From assembly GCF_964204645.1 (NCBI RefSeq), contig NC_134027.1:23398560-23462559 (forward strand): a stretch of DNA of 64,000 nucleotides. The letters are read 5' to 3'. Under the pieces are notes generated by a model. That model saw nothing but the letters and a program-made list of their open reading frames with translations. It was not told where the DNA came from and did no database searches. The stretch is from Tubulanus polymorphus. Its lineage: Eukaryota; Animalia; Nemertea. Both the position numbers and the translations under genes were made by a program. Shown here one piece after another: positions 36,481-48,317 of this stretch; the stretch's first letter is position 1; every line of letters begins with the position of its first letter.

Positions 36481-37474
36481 GTGAAAAGACTCGATGAGTA
36501 AAAAAATCCCACAATGTATGACCGAATCTAAAAAGTATATTTAAAAAATTAGAAATATTTCGGGTGGTTGTTCTTCAATCTAAACTCATTTTAGTTAGTT
36601 TATAGCTCTTATAGTTTGCTATTCCTGCGTCAGTATAGTCTAGTACCTAGCCGTTGTTCCTCAAACAACGTTGTAGGGAACCGTAACAACGACTGGTATT
36701 CAGACTACAATAACACAAGCAACATAAGTGCCGGCACGTAGAAATCACGATCGGAGGTACCGGTATTCGGCACTTTTTGCCGTAAGGCACTGCCGTTTTT
36801 CAAACTTTACGCAAAATGATAATTGCTTATTTGTCATGATAATTTCTGTTGGGTATCTATTATGTAGTAAGGAAAACAATATAAAATGTGACTCTTTTTA
36901 AACTTTTTAATCACTCACTTAAGTCCATTGATTGATTCTTGTCGAAAGATCTGCCCACCAATCGCATCGCCGCGTTGTTAACTACTATGGGATTCGAACC
37001 TGCTCCGACCGAGCGTGAACACATACAGGCCGTCGGTGCCGCCTGCGAACGAGTACTAACAACCCGGAATTCTTGAATAAAATAAATTCCAATTGAGACC
37101 GTTTAAACGCGTCAACTGGCAACGAAAACGTTATTCTATTCATTCGACTGACAGCATCAAGGTAAGATCCACGCAATGGCAAATAATTGAATGAAAATGA
37201 ACTTCACAGTTTTCCACACGCAGGTTTTGAAATCTATGTGGTCGCGCTAATTACAGCAATCCACCATTCTTTGTCCTCAATCAAACTAAAATTAACTTGG
37301 CAGTGGATATTTTTACCGTATACGGCTGAGTATTTTTTTCCGCTATTGCACCGTACATCGTCGCTGATTGGCTGATTTACGCCGCGCATGGGTACAGAGG
37401 TGCGTGACTTAGAAGATTCAAGGAAAGTGTGGAGAACAGAGTTAGACTTTAGACTAGAGAAAATATAGCGGATA

Positions 37475-37545
37475 GAGCGAGACTCGAACCCGGGCTAGGA
37501 AATTTCTAGCTAGGGCAGCGTCATACCACTAGGCTAGACCACCGA
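37475..37545 (-). mobile_element. tRNA-like (SINE head) sequence
   Basis: Minus strand: TAGCCTAGTGGTA (A box) ... GGTTCGAGTC (B box); no canonical anticodon arm. Confidence 0.5.
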
Positions 37546-37762
37546 GCTTGCTGAAAACCACCCGAAAGTTTTAACTACCTATAGTACCTTACCTTACCCT
37601 AAATCCTATCCCGAGGGGTAAAACGGAACCCTCTGGACCCTCTTGACACTAACCCTATCGAAACCCTAAACCCTAAACCCAATATAATGATTTTATTGTT
37701 ACTTTTATAAGTTCATTCTATATATATAGTAATAATGTACGGTAAAATAGGGAAGTAAATAC

Positions 37763-38552
37763 CACAGGGGTTTGGCGATGGGCTTGGATTTTATTTCCGG
37801 GTTGTTGATAATCTCGCGAGAATGGCGCTAAATATGAACTGCGAATAAAATCAAAATATCACGGAAATACCTTGTGTTTATATTGTTTATTTATCCGCTA
37901 TAAAGTTTTGATAAACAATTGGTTGTTAAGAATCATTATCAGACGGTCGTCACGCTTTACTATATAAAATCACAAGGGATGAAACGCCAGGCCTCCGCTG
38001 TACTTAAATTTTCAGCCAGAAAGTTGGGACAGTCACGTGACATTCTGATGACGTCATCGCATTTAAAACTTCAACACGAAAAGTTAACATATTCACAGAC
38101 CGATATCAATTGTCAGATTATGATTCATATGAAATAAATAACTTATAAAGAATAAATTATGATGAAATATATAATTCATAGTCAAAAAATGCATTTGAAT
38201 GTAAGTTATTCTCAAACATTTTTCGTATCATAGTTTCCATCTTATATGCTTCAGGTTCGCGTTCAGTCAAATAAGAAGCGTTAAGTCACGTGACTGTCCC
38301 AACTTTCTGGCTGGCACGACTTGAACTGCGTTTCATCCCTTGTGATTTTATATAGTAAAGCGTGACGACCGATTGATAATGATCCTTAACGACCAATTGT
38401 TTATCAGAACTTTATAGCGGATAAATAAACAATATAAACACAAGGTATTTCCGTGATATTTTGAATTTATTCGCAGTTCATATTTAGCACCATTCTCGCG
38501 AAATTATCAACAACCCGGAAATAAAATCCAAGCCCATCGCCAAACCCCTGTG
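37763..38552. mobile_element. Foldback MITE, about 280-bp TIRs, 8-bp TSD (hAT-like)
   Basis: Ends CACAGGGGTTTGGCGATGGGCTTGG / CCAAGCCCATCGCCAAACCCCTGTG; GTAAATAC on both sides (37755-37762, 38553-38560). Confidence 0.85.
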
Positions 38553-38952
38553 GTAAATACTTTGCCGTTTATGGTTAAATATCCACTTTGAATTAACTTC
38601 GGAATCGCATCGATGGATCACTTTCCACGTCAAATCTTGATCCGTAGATGCGATTTCAAAGTTGATTTCATTTTGAAGGAGGACAAGGAATGCATTCTAT
38701 TTTCAGGCCTACCATCTTAGATAGAGGCCCTACTCTGGTAGACTACTTTAGATGCCCGCCCTCTTGAGCTTGATGAGTAACGCCGACAGCAAGCAATTCT
38801 GGCTTTTTCGTTAGCGGGGGATAGAGGGTTAACTGCACTTAGAGCCGCCGTTTGAAGGCTTAAGTCAACGGAGCCTTTATCACTTCCTCAGACTGCTCAG
38901 AGAGATGGTTCCTGTCAATGGTCCTCCTCTAGTCCTATCCCCTTCTAGTCTA

Positions 38953-39456
38953 CTAATGTCTATTTCAACCTGACTTGAGAGCATTCCGGGTGGCCTAGCT
39001 CGCTAATTTTTGGTTGTACATACCTGACAAAGGTCTTAATAAGACCAGAAAGGACAGGCAGTCGACCTAAATCATCATTTTTTAATCCATTCGAAACTGT
39101 ATTGAAGGATATCCAAAAAGTCTTCACTGAAAGGGGTTAAATGAAGAGAATTGACTCCATGATTTGAAAGTTTAACAATATGTTTCCATGCCTACGTATC
39201 AAATTTCAGTTGGTAGGCATGGAGACATATTGTTAAACTTTCAAATCATGGAGTCTCTTTTCTCTCAGGAACCCCTCTCAATGCAGATTATTTTGGATAT
39301 CTTTCAAAATAGTTTAAAGTGGATTACAAAATGATATTTTAGATCAGCTGCCAATGCATTCTGGTCCTAATAAGACTTTTATCAGGTATGTACTACCAAA
39401 ACTGACTGAGCTAGGCCACCAGGAATGCTCTCAAGTCAGGTTGAAATAGACATTAG
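38953..39456. repeat. About 500-bp palindromic foldback with about 17-nt loop
   Basis: ctaatgtctatttcaacctgacttgagagcattcc ... ggaatgctctcaagtcaggttgaaatagacattag; arms pair inward to the loop at 39196-39212. Confidence 0.85.
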
Positions 39457-40375
39457 GCCTAGCAGCGTTTAAATCCATAATTTCGTAAATAATCAGTTGA
39501 TGTGTGTATATGATGCATCAATTCATGCAGTAGGATTTAACATTCAGAATCGAACTATGAAATTCATATAAACATGTTTTTGTTTTCATCTATCAGCGAT
39601 TGTTTACCGAGAATACGCTTGCATAATGCTAAAAAAAGGCTTCCGCGTTACACCGGCCTGTGCTGAGTAAATTGCTGATAAATGAAAACAAAAGCAACTT
39701 TAATCTAATTAAGGAAAATTGTTTGTTCATTTCCGATTAAGGTTAGACTTGGGAAACCAAACTCTGAATGACGTAAAACAAAATGGAATGCCCCTTCTTG
39801 ATTGTAAGATCAGCTCTTATTATAGTGGATACGTTTTTATTTTTTCAGCTAGAGACCACTACAAAAAATTTGGACCAATTTTGAAAATTGGTCATACCAT
39901 TCACTGACGAATTAGAGAATTTCCAGCGGCTTTATAAAAAACGCACCGACGTCAATGAGGACAAATTTGTTCGGAAAAATTGCGTAGAAATTTGGAAATG
40001 AAACGCGCAAAATGATGAGGAGGATTGTGTAGGAAGAATTGCAACAAGGATGCAAGAAATATCTTTGGAAATGATAAAAATGGAAAGTCATCGGATGTCA
40101 TCGCATATTTTAGGCGAAATTTAGGCGATTCATATTACCATCGAAGAGAGAAACGGCGTAGGCCCTAAGCGAAATTTAGGCGATTTATATTGTTAGTGAA
40201 ACAGGGAAAAAATTTAGACGAATTATGTGACCAGCCAGACGAGAAGAGAAATAACGACGGACAAGATTTCTACAATTCATAGTACTAGCGGAGAGACGGT
40301 CGATTTTAGGCGAGATTTAGGCGATTATTCTAGCGTTCTCGATGCCGGTTCGAAATACGGACTATTAACGAGAGA

Positions 40376-41806
40376 ATGGATCACCACGAGGATTTAAGCG
40401 ATCTCTACGGCGGCGCCGACGACGACGCAGGCGCCGACGAGATATCGATATACACGCGCATCTCGCTTCCCGAACTCGTCGACAAGTGCATCTTACCGAC
40501 GCTGCAGCAGGCGTCGACGCACATCGTTCCGAGCGTCGTTTTGGCGACGTTGTGCAAGTTCATCAGCCACACGGTCGGCGAGGGTTTCGAGGTGACCGGT
40601 TTGTCGTTCCTGCCGCGTCAGATGATCCACCTGACGTCGGCGTTCATGGGCGCGTTGCTGCTGCATCTGTTCTTCCAGGAGCAGATCGTGTTCGTCGCGA
40701 CGCTCGCCGCGTTGTCGTATCTCGTGTTGTTGACGACGAAGTCGGCGATGCCGCGTTACTGCGGCACGGCGACCGCCGCCGCCGTCGTCGCGTTTCTGCT
40801 CGTCTGCGAGTTGTTCGTCGTTTCGAGCGCCGACTGGCACCGGATCCGCGGCGCGCAGATGATCCTCGCGATGAAAGTCATCTCGATCGGTTTCGACGTC
40901 GATCGCGGCGTGCTGATCAAAGTTCCCGGCATTTCCGAGTTCGTCGGCTATGCGTTCAACGTCGGCACGGTGATATTCGGTCCGTGGATCAGTTTCCTCG
41001 ATTACATGACGATTCTGCAGCTGCGCGAGCGTAAAATGTCGTTCTACTGGATTTTCAAAATGATTCGAAGTTTCGTCGCGTCGATGCTGTGCATCATCAC
41101 GTCGACGTGCGTCGTTCACTGGGTGATCATCGAAGGCTCGTGGAAGTGGTTGATCGCGTTTCGCGACGCGCAATCGTTCCGTTTCAGCCACTACTTCGTC
41201 AGCTACCTGTCCGAGTTGACGATCACGAGCGTCGGGCTCGGCGCGATGCGCTCGTCGAACGGCGACGTCAAGTGGGACTTCTCGGTCGCGCGGCCGACCG
41301 AGATCGAGTTCCCGCGCAGTCTCGTCGAGGTCGTCACGAACTGGAACGTGCCGATGCACCACTGGCTGAAGACGTACGTGTTCAAGACGGCGCGCGCGCT
41401 CGGTACGTTCGTCGCCGTTCTGCTGACGTACGCGGCGAGCGCGATCCTGCACGGACTCAACTTCCAGCTCGGCGCCGTCTTGCTGTCGCTCGGGTTCTAC
41501 TCGTACGTCGAGTACGTGTTGCGCGCGCGGCTGTCGACGATATTCAGCGCGTGCGTCGGCGCCAAGCGGTGTCGCGGCGATTGCGCGCACGACTACAAAT
41601 CGAATTCGCCGTACGTGATATTTACGAACGCGATGTTCGGTTGTTTGTCGGTGTTTCACCTGGCGTACCTCGGGCTGATGTTCGACAGCAGCTCTCAACA
41701 GGAGAAGGGCTACACGATGTCGCACACGTTGAGTAAATGGTCGGAATTAAACTACGCCAGTCACTGGGTGGCGCTTGTGTCATACGTGTTCTATTTGCTC
41801 GTATGA
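40376..41806 (+). CDS. PORCN: Porcupine, Wnt O-palmitoleoyltransferase (MBOAT), intronless CDS, 476 aa
   Basis: Motifs WHRIRGAQMILAMKVIS, GTVIFGPW, FRFSHYF, IEFPRSLVEVVTNWNVPMHHWLKTYVF, ASAILHGLNFQLGAVLLSLG (catalytic His), FHLAYLG, KWSELNYASHW. Confidence 0.95.
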   Translation: MDHHEDLSDLYGGADDDAGADEISIYTRISLPELVDKCILPTLQQASTHIVPSVVLATLCKFISHTVGEGFEVTGLSFLPRQMIHLTSAFMGALLLHLFFQEQIVFVATLAALSYLVLLTTKSAMPRYCGTATAAAVVAFLLVCELFVVSSADWHRIRGAQMILAMKVISIGFDVDRGVLIKVPGISEFVGYAFNVGTVIFGPWISFLDYMTILQLRERKMSFYWIFKMIRSFVASMLCIITSTCVVHWVIIEGSWKWLIAFRDAQSFRFSHYFVSYLSELTITSVGLGAMRSSNGDVKWDFSVARPTEIEFPRSLVEVVTNWNVPMHHWLKTYVFKTARALGTFVAVLLTYAASAILHGLNFQLGAVLLSLGFYSYVEYVLRARLSTIFSACVGAKRCRGDCAHDYKSNSPYVIFTNAMFGCLSVFHLAYLGLMFDSSSQQEKGYTMSHTLSKWSELNYASHWVALVSYVFYLLV

Positions 41807-41865
41807 AACCGGCTTTTCTAGTTTCATAATCAATTTAGCGATAAATGATATATACGGTATATAAA

Positions 41866-42452
41866 CGGTAGACTCGGCTCAAGTCAGATCCGATCCACTC
41901 GCAGATGACTGTTTTTTTCAGAGATTACTGTTTAACTCATCGACATAAGTAACTTTTTTACTCGGAGATACCCATCTCAGCAGAGGAAACCGCTTTACTC
42001 AGAGATAACCGTTTAACTCAATGAGAACTGCTTAACTCAGAGATAACCATTTAACTCGGAGATAGCCGCTTGTCGTTAACTCTTGAGCTAACTGTTTAAC
42101 TCAGAGATAACCGTTTAACTCAGACATAGCCACTTGTCGTTAACTCTTGAGCTAACTGTTTAACTCAGAGATAACCGTTTAACTCAGACATAGCCACTTG
42201 TCGTTAACTCTTGAGCTAACCGTTTAACTCGGGGATAACTGCTTAACTCAGAGATAACCATTTAACTCGGAGATAGCCACTTGTCGTTAACTCTTGAGCT
42301 AACTGTTTAACTCGGAGATAACCTTTTAACTCTTGAAATAACTGCTTAACTCAGTGATCTGCGTAACTCTTGAGGTAACTGTTTAACTCGGGATATCTGT
42401 TTGGGATAAAGTTCCTCGGGCCAAAGAGATCAGACTTGAGCGGAGCCTATTG
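41866..42452. mobile_element. TIR element (CAGTAGACTC/pogo-like ends) filled with an about 19-bp minisatellite (GTTTAACTCAGAGATAACC)
   Basis: Left end gtagactcggctcaagtcagatc; right end gatcagacttgagcggagcctat; the same TIR occurs alone at about 47905-47939. Confidence 0.7.
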
Positions 42453-43519
42453 TTGTTGGTAATTTACCTCATCAGGTATCTTGACACTTAATGACATCAC
42501 AGCTGAGCCTGTTTGGGTCAGTCTTAAGATAATCATTATGATTTCAGACTGGTCGCTGTTAATGATTCAAGCCCAGATGTTTGTAGGCATCAATCACGAG
42601 CCTGGAATCACCGCTGCAGAGATTTACCCTTCTAGTGTGAATTCTTGATGAAATGTATTAATGTCTGGTGTTGGTTCTTCATTTTCAATCAAAAATGTCC
42701 GCATTTATCAGTTCTTACAGGATTTTCAACATCTATGTCAATAATATTGATAAGTGGCACTTATTTACTTTGAATGGGCCTACAATGCCTGTTCTAAGTT
42801 GGTTATGTGTACAGGGTATGGAAAATTTATAATCCGGGAATGGGAAAGCTATGAAAAATGAAATTGGGTAACCCGTAAGAACTCTGCCCCGTTGAAATCC
42901 TGAACACAAAGTCTGGACAGTCAGGACACATGAAGTCTGGACAATCATAATTTGGAAGAAAGTTAATGAATTATCGAATGTCTGAGAGGTGATGGGTGCA
43001 GGCTGCAGATTGATACCTGCATTGCAGGATTCAATTCCATAGTTGATGTCGGCCTTCAGAGATGATATGAGGTCATTTCAGATATTTTATCGCGAAGGCC
43101 AAATTTTTATCGAGAATTACGGAAATCGAACTAGCATCCAGGACTTGTATTTTTATACAATTTGTACTTAAATCTTACAATTAAACCATATATCGATTAA
43201 AAACTGTTTTCTCGTGTTGTCAACGCGTGCATGCCTGAATGATAATGCGCGAGAAGCTAAATCAAAAATTCCGTAGTGTAGTCACTAGGACAGTTTTTTC
43301 TGAATAGGCCCAAGAGATCGATAGTCGAATATAACACTCAAATCCGTGTTTTAAACTGTAAAAGAATGAAGTAGTCCAGCAATATAATGTAATACGATAA
43401 AATTGATTAAAGTGGTATCATTTTGATAAATTCTATCGTATGAAATTCTATTGTGGGACTTCTTCATTCATTTAAGAGATTGATAATTGTTGGATGCTGA
43501 TTTTGTAGAGTTTTGAGTG

Positions 43520-43781
43520 CGGGGTCCGATCTAAGCACTTGTCCGATTGCCCGGGACAAGTATATTCTCATCAGGGCAAGTAGGTTATCATTCATTACTT
43601 GTCCCCCGGGCTAGTGAAATTTTATGTCACAAAGCTTTTTTCCCACTCGATACGACAGATGATAGTGCCACCATTCGGACTGCCTGCGTAGGGCAAGTAG
43701 TTTTTGGGGGGGGGGCAAGTGAAATTTCAGATATGCTTGCCCCCCCGGGCAAGTAGCTTTCATTCCTTAGATCGGACCCTG
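43520..43781. mobile_element. MITE, TIR C(A/G)GGGTCCGATCTAAG, 5-bp TSD GAGTG
   Basis: TIRs and TSD read directly; internal GGGCAAGT repeats. Confidence 0.75.
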
Positions 43782-44095
43782 GAGTGTTTGAATTATTGTT
43801 AAGTTTTGCCAAACACATTGATAAAATATGTAGTAAACCACCTTCCTTGATCCACCGCCAAAATGTTTAATTCCCCGGACCCAGTTCTACAGTTCCTTGT
43901 GAGTAGAGAGTTAAAGTTAGCTCATTTTCAATGAGTTAACTCAAGGTCAGGTTTAACTCGGAACTGTGGAACTGGACCCTGAATGCTTACAAAAGTTTTG
44001 TCCACCATCGAGAATGATATAATTTGATTATCCGCCAAAGAGCCATTAGTCGCAGAGTTTTGACTGTATTTTAAACTCATTTTGCTGTATAAACA

Positions 44096-44432
44096 CTGGG
44101 CGCGGTTTTATAGACTGGTATTAACTTGAACCCCTGGGTCCAGTTCCACGGTTTCGATTTAAGATTTAACACTGGGTTAACTCGTTGAAAATGAACTAAC
44201 TTTAACGCACAGTTAACTGTAACTCCCAACCGTGGAAGTCCTGGACCCGGTTCCACAGTTATGAGTTAAACTTAACTCTGAGTTAAAATCAGTTTATTTT
44301 CATTGAGTTAACCCGGGGTCAAATATTAACTCACAACTGTGGAACTGGGTCCTGGGGGTTAGCTCTATTCATTTTACTAATGAGTTAGCACCCCGGGTTA
44401 GAAGTTGATACAAGTCTGTAAACCGGGCACAG
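44096..44432. mobile_element. Nested PIF/Harbinger-like MITEs (two GGACCCAGTTCCACAGTT elements inside a related element); solo copy about 43877-43979
   Basis: Inner elements about 44136-44241 and 44244-44352 with CTG at their junctions; outer TIR ctgggcgcggttttatagact / agtctgtaaaccgggcacag. Confidence 0.65.
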
Positions 44433-45020
44433 GAAAAAGCTCCAATGATGAAAGATTGAATGAATGTTGTGCTGCTATATTGAACGATACCTGCGTTTTA
44501 TGTTGAAAAAAACCACCAGAATCTCAGAGATATGACCCACATTTATTATCAGGATAAGAGAACATGAAAATTAGTCAAACTCGTTTGTGTCGTCATCTGA
44601 TAAGACTTTGCGTTGCATCAGTTGTCTCGATTTGTATTTCCAATTCAGTATGGGCTATCGTTTGGATACCCATTAAGTTGGGTTAAAGAAAAATGATACC
44701 TTGTTTCTCCTGATGGACCATGTCACTTTTGTTAACCGCAATGAAATTTGTAATGTGTTCATTTCTATATCTGCCGGGTCTGGTATGCTTAGCCTGATCG
44801 TGATTTTTCAGTTATGTAGAAGGAAGATAGGCAGAAAGGATGAACTTTGAAGCTCAGCAGAAATGAAAATCTTTTTTTTTAGCCTTGTCAAAACAATGAT
44901 GATCTTGACTATGGCAACATTTAGTGAATTAGCCCAAGCTATTCCATGGAACTGCACTCGAGAGTCTAATCTGTACTCGCGTAAGAATGTGTTAGACTCG
45001 AGCGATATCCGATTTGGATG

Positions 45021-45178
45021 TTAGGGATCATTCATTTATTACGTACGCATAAAATTTGAAATTTTCAACTGTACGCAAAATCGGCCATTTTTTCATATAC
45101 ATTAAGCATTACAGTAGGCAATTGCCCTAACCCCTCCCCCCTCCCCTAATGCATACGTAATAAATGAATGACCCCTTA
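45021..45178. mobile_element. Small Harbinger-like MITE
   Basis: ttagggatcattcatttattacgta ... tacgtaataaatgaatgacccctta; TTA ends. Confidence 0.65.
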
Positions 45179-48100
45179 TGTATTTCATAAATAGTGTCAG
45201 AAAATATTTCAAAAAACATCCGAGTTGAACGGTTATCCGACTTGGGGCGGAGTCTACTGTTCTATACCATATACAATACGGGAGACTCCTCATTACGGTC
45301 AAACCCGCTTTATTCGGATCAGCTTGATCCGGATTTTGATCTTTGTAGTCCATTTGTTCATTAAATGACTTTTAATCCGGTTTTCCCTTAAACAGGATGA
45401 ATTTTGGGATTCTACTGTAGATACCTACTCAAGTCGGTGCATTTTATGAAAATAATATTTCGAAAGCCTTTTATTTTCCCGATTCTCAGCTTATTGAAAT
45501 GTTTAGTTGCAACGCTACGTAAGCAAGGCAGAATCTGTACTTATTTATGAATGGGCTGAACAGCAATAAATGATGCTAAGTTATACTTATTTTTTGACGG
45601 CTGCTCGGTATCGGACATCTCCAACGCCGAGGTTTATGAATCGATTGTGATATTACAAAAGTGTGAAACGAAATGATTTTCATTTATATTGTGTGTGTGT
45701 GTAATGTTTTTCTTTAAGTAATGCAAATATTTACAAATAAACTACTTAAACTATTACGAAATATGGTTCGTGTTTATTTGTTGTTGTTCATCGACTTTCC
45801 TTCAAACTAGTGACAACGAGTCTCAAGAAAAATAGCGAAACATTGTCTTACTCATGCTATTTCATGGAAGAGGAGGGATGTGACAGGATCTTGCAAGGGA
45901 GGAATGTAACAGTCTTGTTGCCATCAGGTTCAAACCCCTGCGAGATGGTGACACTCTCCCCAAGCCACCGACCAAGTCCAAAATCTCAGCAAGGGGGAAT
46001 TTGACGGTGTCATGATGCCATCAGGTTCGAATCTCTGAGGACGGAATCGAATGATCATCTCGCAAAGCCACCGACCAGGTCCAAATATCTGCAAGGGGAA
46101 TGTGGCAGTCTTGTGATGCCATCAGGTTCAAATACCTATGAACGAGAGGAATGTGACTGTCTTTAATGCCGCCAGGTTCAAATCTCTACTGACCGAGTAC
46201 CTACTTAGGTTATGTAAGTTACCTGTAATGACAAATACCAAGATCTCGAATCAGAAATTTCTAAAGACTAAAATAAAAGCATTGACTTATTATAAATGAA
46301 TATACATATATTGTTAATTTTTCCTGATCACAATTCTATATACAAAATGGAATAGATTAAAATTTAGCACTGCAAAATGAATATAGGCCTATAACCTAAT
46401 AATAATCAACATAACTTATTCAAATACAGTAAATCCTGCTTAATCCAGATATTTTGGTGGGATCAAATCAATCCGGTTTATCAAAAATCCGAATCAAATT
46501 CTATGGATGGATTAGATCAAAATCCAGATTAAGCAGGTTTTATCGTAACGTAATTAGATGTCAATGGAATCACCTAAATGAGTAAAGAAAACAACCAATT
46601 ACATTTCAGTAAATTTGCATGTACAAAATATGAACATTTTTGACGGAATATTTTCGATGGACGGAACTAAAATCCCACCACGCAATGGCATTGCAACACG
46701 GTCAATATTGTAACATGGGTTAGATTGATGAACGCTGGAATTCTCGCACTTTTTTACATCTTCAAGTTTTTACACATTTTTTTCACATCAAAATATCACG
46801 ATTTTCACGAAATCTTGTCACGATTTGTCACGTCGAGGTACAATACCTGCGTATCAATAAGGATTTCTGATGCGCAGAAATGACACACTAAGGCAGGCCT
46901 ACTGACTGAACTACTGAAACAGAAACTCCGAATTGAGAATATCAGACAGGAATCACAAGCTAGCAAAGGCAATTCTGTGCTCCATGGTCTACGGCATAAA
47001 GAAGGCATCAAAATGTTTTCATAGGTCTCACTTTTTTCCATATATGTTTTCAAAATTCTTTAGGTAGGCATCCATTTCCACATCAATCTAACAGGCATAT
47101 CCAGGCCATACCACTACCCTTCCTACTGATGACACAGTAGACTTCACCTTACTGCGTACAGTTTTACTATGGCTTTAAATTTTTTCTAAAATTCAACGAC
47201 TTGGAACAGCTCTCCATTTTGACTCGTACCAAGTAACGAGGAGTCTACTGTATGAAACTTTCGCAATGAACCCTTTATACTTCACCAGAAGTCAGTCCAA
47301 AAGTGTAATCAAACCTAAACAGTGGTAAATACCGGGTAGTTTTGTAGAACCAAAACTGTTTCTTACACTGGTCTTAAAACTAAGTTTGGCGCAACTTAAG
47401 TAGATCCTGAATAAAAATAGCAGTACTATTTCTCGTTCAGAGACCAGGAAGGTTTCGTAACAATTGCGGAATAGCACAATCTGTAAACCCGCTAGAAGCG
47501 GCAGAGTTTGCAATCCGGAATTGCTAGTCTTAAACTGGAATACGTCCAATCAATAACTCACATACATAGTTTCCTGTCATAACAGAATTTGATATTAGCT
47601 TCAACATGGCACAACATAATATCACATGGTTTTATCAAACGCCAGACATTTTGATGTGATACCAGTTTTTTTCTTATCGATATTGTATAATCTATTGCAA
47701 GGTTTATGATTCATACAAAAAAGCAGAAATCCGCACAACACCTATCCTATTAGTAAAACACGTCTAGAATTCATATTCTTGATGCACCGAACAAACGACG
47801 TACTCTTATTAAAAGACTATTCATTCCTGGACAGCAGTTCAGTAGTCTCAGTGCTGAAGTCGTATCTTTTAAAAAATCTTCCGACTTAAGAGACCGATAT
47901 CCGAGTCGATCGGATCTGACTTGAGCCGAGCCTACTGTACGGCACAGCCTAGAAGTGACATAACTCACAACGCCTTCGTTCGGATAGCAGCTCCCTTCTT
48001 TTCGAGTGCAACTTCTTGTATTTGGATGACTACGCGGTAAAATACAGGTACAAACATTATAAACGCCTAGTAGGAGCGTTCGAAGTTTCGTTGCACCCAT

Positions 48101-48317
48101 AAGCGTGCAGCGAAACGCGTAATTCTGAAACGCATATTTGTCTCTAACGAACGAGTGTCGAACACGTTCGAAACTAAACGAAAACGAATTACAGAACGCG
48201 GTTTGAACGATATGCGACTAAACGCAAACGGAGTTGAATTTCTTCTAGGCTGTGTACCGTACGTAGTTCATTAAGGACCATGTACTTTCAGACACACACA
48301 AGATACTCCGTAAAATC

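Noticed and set aside
37655-37682. True telomere or interstitial telomeric array
   Set aside because: Only 2-3 degenerate CCCTAAA units; not the metazoan TTAGGG array.
40493-41725. 410-aa antisense ORF and alternative-frame ORFs over PORCN
   Set aside because: Shadow ORFs expected from GC/CpG-rich codon usage; Arg/Ala-rich with no recognisable domain.
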